This document shows, one piece after another, positions 16,076 through 22,250 of a DNA stretch of 57,321 bases; within the stretch, counting starts at the first letter, position 1; every line of letters starts with the position of its first letter. A model generated the notes under the pieces. It ran no database searches. It was not told where the DNA came from and worked only from the letters and a program-made list of their open reading frames with translations. A program made the position numbers and the translations under genes. The stretch is from a virus (Duplodnaviria; Caudoviricetes), in the IMG/VR virus record IMGVR_UViG_3300037502_001747, positions 1 through 57,321 of that record. The stretch is one strand, 5' to 3'.

Positions 16076-17067
16076 CAGAACAAAACGCTCTGATGACGGA
16101 TCGACCAGTCAATGAAGCCCTTGGTGGCGGTGACGGAGGGATCACGACGGACAGCCATGGACATAGCCAGAACACTAAATTCGGCAGGCATACGAGTGAG
16201 ATATGTTACTGCTCTGTCCACGTTTGACGTGGAGATGCGGTTGGAGATGGCGCCAGACAGGGCGTAGAGAGTGGCCGGATCAGACGGCACGTCGGCACCG
16301 TCAGGGTTGAGCAGGATAGCGTCGGGGTTGGGCAGCTTACGGTAAATCTTGAGGAACCCCACGAACTCAGCGGCAGCCCCCTCACCGACGGCACCCTTGA
16401 AGCAGTCGAACTCAGCCTCAGGAGGGACCACACCGAGGACGGCACTGACACCCTCGGCCCAGCTACGAGGGGTGGAGTTCTTGTTACGCTGGGGGTCGAA
16501 GTCGTGGAGCAGACCGGGACGGAAGCGGATGAAGGCCACCACCTCAGGCTTGACACCGTTGGTAAGGGCCCAGCCAGACCAGTCGTCGAGATGCGTCTCG
16601 AACTCCAGCGTGGTCTCACGATCAGAGAGGTGGGACAGGACACGGTTGGCACCAGCCCGGTCAGACTGACGGTTACCAGTGGAGACGACAGTCCAGCCCT
16701 CTGCCATAGGCACACCGTGGAGGTTCCGTGCTTGGCAGATGTTAGCCAGAACCTTCTGGATGTCGGCAGGTGCTTGGTTCCGGTCGTCGAAGCAGAGCAC
16801 ACCACCACGACCGTCGTCGTAGCGTGACCCCTTGGAGGGGAACCAGTCGGGGATTTGGTAGGTCAGGGTCTCCTTGCCAATGACAGGGATGCCGAAATCC
16901 TCGACCAGCATGGTCGGCAGGTGCTTCTCGATGTAGTGCAGACCGAGGCTGTCAGCGACAGACCGGACAAGGGTGGTCTTACCACCCCCCGGAGCGCCTT
17001 CGATCGCCGTGGTGCGGTTGATCGAGATGAGGTCCTTGAGAGTGTCGGACAGAAGTGTGGGACGCAT
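16075..17067 (-). CDS. MoxR-like AAA+ ATPase
   Basis: Walker A GAPGGGKT, Walker B LCFDD, TGNRQSD, TPRSW; GGAGA RBS before MRPT. Confidence 0.9.
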   Translation of the reverse strand: MRPTLLSDTLKDLISINRTTAIEGAPGGGKTTLVRSVADSLGLHYIEKHLPTMLVEDFGIPVIGKETLTYQIPDWFPSKGSRYDDGRGGVLCFDDRNQAPADIQKVLANICQARNLHGVPMAEGWTVVSTGNRQSDRAGANRVLSHLSDRETTLEFETHLDDWSGWALTNGVKPEVVAFIRFRPGLLHDFDPQRNKNSTPRSWAEGVSAVLGVVPPEAEFDCFKGAVGEGAAAEFVGFLKIYRKLPNPDAILLNPDGADVPSDPATLYALSGAISNRISTSNVDRAVTYLTRMPAEFSVLAMSMAVRRDPSVTATKGFIDWSIRHQSVLF

Positions 17068-17123
17068 TGTGTATGTCTCCATTGGTGTTGTGGCTGTCCG
17101 CTCCGCGGAGCGGCAGCACAGTT

Positions 17124-17190
17124 TCGGCTTGTCTCATCAGTGCCGTGGTAGCCAACCACGACAGACGGGGGGCGAACCCCCTGTTTCGAC
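17124..17190 (-). ncRNA. Type II hammerhead ribozyme with loop I/3'-tail pseudoknot
   Basis: Minus strand: GUC-GAAA-C-A-GGGGG-UUCG-CCCCC-C-GUC^-UGUCGUGGU-UGGCU-ACCACGGCA-CUGAUGA-GAC-AAGCCGA. All core nucleotides and three stems are present. Confidence 0.88.
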
Positions 17191-17191
17191 G

Positions 17192-17977
17192 TTATCCCAG
17201 CCTCCGGCTGCTAGCCACGATGGCGGTCAACTCCCGCCAGCTGCTGACGTAAGGCACCTCCTCGGTGGTCACGGTGTCGTAGAAACGCTGGACTTGGAGC
17301 CGCACCGCAGCCAGTTGAGTGTCGACAGCATGGAAAGTGGACCACTCACGGACGATGTCAGGGTAACGATCCACCTCGTCGAGGCACCGGACGGTGCTGT
17401 CAGTGACTTGTGCAGCAGAGTAGCGCCACCTACCCTGACGAGGGTCCAGACCGAGACGAACTTGAGTCCGTAGCCACAGGGAGAACTGGTTGAACCCCGA
17501 CGTGTGGTAAGCGTCCTTGGATGCTTTACGATCCACCCGGTATCTGGTGAAGGGCTGAGACCCAGCAATGAGCCGATGGTCCTTGTCCAACGAGGCGAAG
17601 TCAGGGGTGTAGTAACCACGACGGATGCCGTCAGCGTCAGTAGCCCAGAGAACCGGGCCAGTAGGGCAGGTGTAGCTGGGCTGGACAACACCACGGAAGA
17701 TGCCACGGACGGCATCGTCAGTGAGCCGAGAAGCGTAGGGTTCGAGGTCGATAGTGCCACCCTTGTGATAGGTGATGATGTCAGTGTGGTAGAGCCGGAT
17801 CGAGACGCTCTCGTCCTTGGGGTTGAGCCGGATGGTGAAGTTGTCGTTACGACGCTGAGCCACAGGACGGATGTCGATCTTACGACCACGGATCGGGGCG
17901 ATGCTGTGGTATTTCTGGAGGGCCTGTTCGTAGGACAGGATGCCGTGACGAGGCAGTTGGAGGTTGGAACCGAACAT
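17192..17977 (-). CDS. Hypothetical early protein
   Basis: 261-aa ORF; IRLYHTDIITY motif. Confidence 0.75.
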   Translation of the reverse strand: MFGSNLQLPRHGILSYEQALQKYHSIAPIRGRKIDIRPVAQRRNDNFTIRLNPKDESVSIRLYHTDIITYHKGGTIDLEPYASRLTDDAVRGIFRGVVQPSYTCPTGPVLWATDADGIRRGYYTPDFASLDKDHRLIAGSQPFTRYRVDRKASKDAYHTSGFNQFSLWLRTQVRLGLDPRQGRWRYSAAQVTDSTVRCLDEVDRYPDIVREWSTFHAVDTQLAAVRLQVQRFYDTVTTEEVPYVSSWRELTAIVASSRRLG

Positions 17978-17978
17978 C

Positions 17979-18209
17979 TCAGAGGTCCTTCTTGGTGTTG
18001 TGGGAGAAGCGAGGGGCGGGGTGGCCAGCCGCAGCCAGCCACTTGTAGACGGTCGAGGGGTGCAGTTTGTAGAGCCGAGCAGCCTCCATGGGGGAGACCT
18101 TCCAGTCTACGACCAGCCGCAGCACTTCCACTCTCGTGGAGTTGTCCAGACCATAGTCAGGGTGGAAGGGGAGTGTAAAACTAGTGATGGGGTCGGAGCG
18201 AAGCGACAT
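17979..18209 (-). CDS. Helix-turn-helix DNA-binding protein
   Basis: SPMEAARLYKLHPSTVYKWL. Confidence 0.75.
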   Translation of the reverse strand: MSLRSDPITSFTLPFHPDYGLDNSTRVEVLRLVVDWKVSPMEAARLYKLHPSTVYKWLAAAGHPAPRFSHNTKKDL

Positions 18210-18484
18210 CACAGTGCCACCTCGATAGGAGCCATGCCGGGGTTGAACCGGATGTGGAGATGGCTGACACCATAGGTGGATTTGAGAGTGTGACGGTCAC
18301 AGACAGTGACCAGACAGTCGTTAAGGGGGGACGACTGGTCGATCACCAAGAAGTCATGACCGACGGTGTAGTCGTAAAGACAGTCCTGCTGGGAGAGGTA
18401 AGGACGGTGTAAAGGGCGGACCGTCAAGGTCTTTTTGTAAAGACCAGTGGTGAGGTCGGCGAGTTTGGTCCAGCTAGTAGCCAT
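18209..18484 (-). CDS. Hypothetical protein
   Basis: Start MATSWTKL; TGATG coupling downstream. Confidence 0.65.
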   Translation of the reverse strand: MATSWTKLADLTTGLYKKTLTVRPLHRPYLSQQDCLYDYTVGHDFLVIDQSSPLNDCLVTVCDRHTLKSTYGVSHLHIRFNPGMAPIEVAL

Positions 18485-18557
18485 GGTGGTAGTCCCTGAT
18501 TGTGTGTTAAGTTTTGCTGGACCGGAGCGGTTTGGTTGTGGCTCGGCCAGCCCCAGA

Positions 18558-18586
18558 AACATGGCGGATGGCGCCGCGGATGTCAA
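18558..18586 (-). promoter_or_regulatory. Putative sigma70 early promoter
   Basis: TTGACA (18586-18581)-N17-CATGTT, upstream of the leftward operon. Confidence 0.5.
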
Positions 18587-18599
18587 ATTTTGGGGGGAA

Positions 18600-19190
18600 G
18601 GGGGGTAAGTATCTAAATTTTACACAGGGAAGTAGGTGAAATATCTTTACACGATTTTGAAAAATAGATAGTGAAAAGTGTGGGAAATCAATGGCTTAGT
18701 TGGGGTGTATCTAGAATATCTACGATTTTTTCGAAGATAGCCCCCCTAAAATGGGCGGAACTAGAGGTTGAGTGTAAAGATGTAAAGTTCAACCGAGTCA
18801 GAGCGTGAAATTTTGCGCGTATCCTCTCAAAAAACGTGTATTATATAGATAGTTAGTATAGTTTACAATACAAACACACACTGGTGTAAACCCGATTCTT
18901 GTGGAAAATCAATGACTTAGTGGAAACTTTACACCATACAAAGCAGCAGGGACGAACGCAACAAATGTAAAGCGTTTGTAAAGCAAAATTAGATAGTTGT
19001 TTGTTATCAATGACTTACTGGGTGTAAAGCGCAGCCCCCCGACTGTGTGGTGTATAGTGTGTAAAGATGGGGGCGACTACGTGTAGAGAGCTACAGGCCC
19101 CCGACGTATGGCGAGCGAATGCGAGCAAACTTTACACACGCAGCACGCAAGCGCCCCCTGCACGGACAGACACGTGGTGTAAAGCAGAAA
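18600..19190. promoter_or_regulatory. AT-rich non-coding region with three IHF consensus sites and TGTAAA repeats (candidate origin)
   Basis: WATCAANNNNTTR at 18686-18698, 18907-18919 and 19005-19017; about 12 TGTAAA/TTTACA copies. Confidence 0.6.
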
Positions 19191-19222
19191 CGAAAACCCC
19201 GCTAGGCGTTAACCTAGCGGGG
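19188..19222 (-). terminator. Intrinsic terminator
   Basis: CCCCGCTAGG/CCTAGCGGGG 10-bp stem followed by TTTTCGTTT on the minus strand. Confidence 0.75.
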
Positions 19223-19228
19223 CTGGTG

Positions 19229-19426
19229 TTAACCTACGAGGTAGGCGAGGAGGGTGACCGAGACGAGGTAGACGACCGCCATGGTCGCCGCGAGTGGCAG
19301 CGCATGGGACTTCTGCCGGTGATGGGCTTCCAGATACCGTCTGGCAGCCTCTTGGCCGATCTTGCTGATGCTGGCGTCGACGCGGGCTTGGCGGTCGCGC
19401 AGTGCTGCGCGGGTTTCGAGTTTCAT
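19229..19426 (-). CDS. Small membrane protein
   Basis: AAGGA RBS; C-terminal hydrophobic helix. Confidence 0.65.
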   Translation of the reverse strand: MKLETRAALRDRQARVDASISKIGQEAARRYLEAHHRQKSHALPLAATMAVVYLVSVTLLAYLVG

Positions 19427-19449
19427 AGGTCTGTTCCTTTGTGTGAGGG

Positions 19450-19479
19450 AAGGCGGGCCTTGCGGCCCGCCTTGTTTTT
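19450..19479. terminator. 10-bp hairpin (GCAA loop on the minus strand; T-tract on the plus strand)
   Basis: aaggcgggcc-ttgc-ggcccgcctt-gttttt. Confidence 0.55.
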
Positions 19480-19858
19480 ACTTCTGCATCGCGGCGAGGA
19501 CGGCTGCGATGATCGCCTGCATGTCCGGCTGGGCGGGCGCTGCGGGCGCTTCGGCTGCGGGCTTGGCTTTGCCCTTGCCCTTGGTCCCGTTGGCCGGGAT
19601 CATCGCCTTCTGCCCAGCCGTCAGCGGCTTCGGCGCGGGCTTGTCGGCCTTCGGCTTCGGCGCCGGACGGCCTTCGGCCTTGAAGTTGAGGACCATCTGG
19701 CCGCGGTAGTCCGCGAAGCCGTAGAAGCGATTGTCCGCTTCGCCGTTGGCGGACAGCACCTCAACCGAGGTGATACCGCCCAGAAGACCGCCTTCGGTCG
19801 CTTTGGTCACGGTCAGCGTGACGGTCAGCGTGACGGGCTCGATTGCAAACATTGCCAT
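19478..19858 (-). CDS. First leftward early gene; Lys/Pro/Ala-rich C-terminus
   Basis: GGAGA RBS; strongly biased codons; VTLTVTLTVT repeat. Confidence 0.75.
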   Translation of the reverse strand: MAMFAIEPVTLTVTLTVTKATEGGLLGGITSVEVLSANGEADNRFYGFADYRGQMVLNFKAEGRPAPKPKADKPAPKPLTAGQKAMIPANGTKGKGKAKPAAEAPAAPAQPDMQAIIAAVLAAMQK

Positions 19859-20173
19859 GACATTTCTCCATGTGTATGTCATAAGGTGCTAACAGAGCAC
19901 CACTGTTTCAGATGCACGTTCCAACGATGTCAAAGAGCGTGGGACCGTGGCCGTCCCGACCGTTTACTCATCTGCTACCCATCAACCACAATTTGTTTAT
20001 GGCATACGGCGTCGCTAGAGTCAAAAATCCCTGCACAAAGGCCGGAATCGCCACTATATAGCACGCGCGCCGCGCGGCGCCGGCGAGGACACCCCCCGGG
20101 GGGGTTGGACAGAGAATTCTACACCCCCCGTCTAATGTAGGGAGGCCCTTACACCACAAGGCGATTTTTTGTA

Positions 20174-20202
20174 TTGCAATTAACGTTGGATAAGAATAGC
20201 AT
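20174..20202 (+). promoter_or_regulatory. Putative sigma70 promoter for HNH-1
   Basis: TTGCAA-N17-TAGCAT, then GAGG RBS. Confidence 0.5.
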
Positions 20203-20229
20203 ACAACTTGACACAAATGAGGTTACTCC

Positions 20230-20736
20230 ATGCCACCCACAGCCGCACTTAGTCCATTTTCCGTAGAGGAACTTCGGGCCGTCTTTACACTAGACGCCGA
20301 ACGCGGGGTTTTGTACCGCGTCTCCACTGGCAAGCCAGCCGCGGTAAAGTGGAAACGCAACTGGGGTAAACTGCGGGGCTGGGTTGTTGTGAAGGACCGG
20401 CGCGAGGTCGCCGTACATAGGGTCATCTGGGCGTTATATTACGGCAGTTGGCCAGAGCAAAGTGTGGACCACATAGATGGTGATACAGAGAATAATAGGA
20501 TAGCTAACCTCCGTGATGTGAGCGTAGCTACAAACTCTCGTAACACGAAGAAGTACGGCAACAATACATCCGGGTATATAGGGGTGACGCGTACTGCGTC
20601 GGGGAGGTGGCAGGCTAGGATCGGCTATAACATGGGTAGAATCTGCCTAGGTAGTTTCGACACGGCCGAAGAGGCTTACGCAGCGTATAGAAAAAAGGCT
20701 GCAGAGCTAGGGTTTCACGACAACCACGGTCGCTAA
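20230..20736 (+). CDS. Free-standing HNH homing endonuclease with AP2-like domain
   Basis: VHRVIW...VDHIDGDTENNRIANLR; NTSGYIGV...RWQARI...LGSFDTAEEA. Confidence 0.9.
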   Translation: MPPTAALSPFSVEELRAVFTLDAERGVLYRVSTGKPAAVKWKRNWGKLRGWVVVKDRREVAVHRVIWALYYGSWPEQSVDHIDGDTENNRIANLRDVSVATNSRNTKKYGNNTSGYIGVTRTASGRWQARIGYNMGRICLGSFDTAEEAYAAYRKKAAELGFHDNHGR

Positions 20737-20780
20737 GCACCTCCTTGCCGCAACGGCCTCTGAATGATAGCTTTACCCCC

Positions 20781-21257
20781 ATGTACATCAGCCCCGTCCA
20801 AACCAAGTGGAACGACCGGTTCGCGTTTGACCTCGCCCTTTTGCTGGAAGGGAGCGGGGAGAAGATCGACGAACTGCTGGATCGGCACGAATTCGACGCC
20901 TCCGATCTGCTGACGTTCAACAAGGACACCCTGTTCCACAAGAAAGTCGAGGCTTACCGGGAAGAAGTACGCACCAAGGGCCTGACATTCCGGGTCAAGG
21001 CGCGTGCGCAGGCTGAAGAACTGCTCAAAACCTCATGGTTGCTCATCCACGACCCCGTGGTTAGCCCTGCGGTGAAGGCCGATCTCATCAAATCTGTCGT
21101 ACGCTGGGCCGGTTTAGAGACGCCGCCGAAGGAGGAGGGCATTGGGGGTGCCGGAGGTGTGACGATTACCATCAACCTTGGGGGCAGGCAGTTGGATGTG
21201 ACAGCGAAACCCGCCCCTCTTGAGTTGAACGGCGCGGACTACTCGGAGGTCGAGTGA
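20781..21257 (+). CDS. terS: Putative terminase small subunit
   Basis: Helical protein upstream of TerL with C-terminal VTITINLG strand. Confidence 0.6.
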   Translation: MYISPVQTKWNDRFAFDLALLLEGSGEKIDELLDRHEFDASDLLTFNKDTLFHKKVEAYREEVRTKGLTFRVKARAQAEELLKTSWLLIHDPVVSPAVKADLIKSVVRWAGLETPPKEEGIGGAGGVTITINLGGRQLDVTAKPAPLELNGADYSEVE

Positions 21258-21811
21258 TTTTTTCTCCCGTGGTTAGGGTGATAGTCGAGCGCAACCTCTG
21301 CAGCTCTACGCGCGGCCACGGCTTCCGCCATAGTATCGAATGTGCCGAGCTGTATCAGCTTACCAGAGTCGGATATCCGTGCCCTCCACCTGCCGTTGCG
21401 CAGGCTCACGCCTAGCACTGCGTCAGATTTGTTGCCCCTAGTAGCCACATTTTTGGCGTTTTCGCCTCGCGACACACTTCGGAGGTTGCACAGGCGGTTG
21501 TCAGCCCGATCACCGTTGATGTGGTCGACAAAATCCGGGTCTTCGCCGTGTACCAGCTTCCATATGAGCCTGTGGACCTTATAGGTGTTGCCCATTATGC
21601 GAGCGCAGAGGTACCCCTCATCACTGAGCGACCCGACAGTGGTGTCTGCAAACCGCTTGTTCCACCATTTCTGCTGCCATTCACGGGTACGCGCAGCGGT
21701 GGGTACAAATTCCTCCAGCGATCTGTGGTTCCACAGCACCGTACCCGTTTCTTGGTTGTACCGGAGCAGTTTTTGTAGCACTATTTGCTCTGGGAGCGCG
21801 GTAATCTTCAT
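21239..21811 (-). CDS. Free-standing HNH homing endonuclease with AP2-like domain (antisense to the packaging operon)
   Basis: YKVHRLIW...VDHINGDRADNRLCNLR; RWRARI...LGTFDTMAEA; AGGAGG RBS. Confidence 0.9.
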   Translation of the reverse strand: MKITALPEQIVLQKLLRYNQETGTVLWNHRSLEEFVPTAARTREWQQKWWNKRFADTTVGSLSDEGYLCARIMGNTYKVHRLIWKLVHGEDPDFVDHINGDRADNRLCNLRSVSRGENAKNVATRGNKSDAVLGVSLRNGRWRARISDSGKLIQLGTFDTMAEAVAARRAAEVALDYHPNHGRKNHSTSE

Positions 21812-21834
21812 GATGACCTCCTTGAATGAGCTCA

Positions 21835-21863
21835 ACCGTAGCCCAAGGTAGCTTTGATGTCAA
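21835..21863 (-). promoter_or_regulatory. Putative sigma70 promoter for HNH-2
   Basis: TTGACA (21863-21858)-N17-TACGGT. Confidence 0.6.
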
Positions 21864-21865
21864 CG

Positions 21866-22015
21866 ATGAAACCTAAAGTTCACCTGTTCCACAGCCTGTT
21901 TGCGGCGCAGGCGTTCATCGCCACCCAGAAAGCCGCCCAAAAGTCCTATCGCGCCCTGCGCATACCCCGCCCGAAGCGCGGAAAACCCCTCTACACGGTG
22001 GTTGTCTATGGCTGA
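21866..22015 (+). CDS. Small basic protein, 49 aa (not in ORF track)
   Basis: MKPKVHLFHSLFAAQAF...TVVVYG; overlaps the next start. Confidence 0.45.
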   Translation: MKPKVHLFHSLFAAQAFIATQKAAQKSYRALRIPRPKRGKPLYTVVVYG

Positions 22016-22250
22016 GATCAAGAAGTTCTACCCGAAAGACGCTGCCAAGGACGCTGACAACGTTCTGGAGCAGGCGCTGGGGGTCTACGACGACGTCTTG
22101 CTTATTGGGTGGAACAAGGACGGCAACATGGAGGCCCGAGCGACCCTCGGGCTGAAAGACGGCGGCGATTGCCTTTGGCTGATCGAGAAGTTTAAGCACA
22201 ATCTGCTGGACGGGCGGTACTTGCCGCCTGAAATGCAAGAGGACGAGTGA
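22008..22250 (+). CDS. Hypothetical protein
   Basis: MAEIKKFYP...VLLIGWNKDG...LWLIEKFK; TGATG coupling to TerL. Confidence 0.7.
   Translation: MAEIKKFYPKDAAKDADNVLEQALGVYDDVLLIGWNKDGNMEARATLGLKDGGDCLWLIEKFKHNLLDGRYLPPEMQEDE

Noticed and set aside
19067-20140. 357-aa plus-strand ORF
   Set aside because: It overlaps two better-supported minus-strand genes and a terminator, and has no RBS or motifs.
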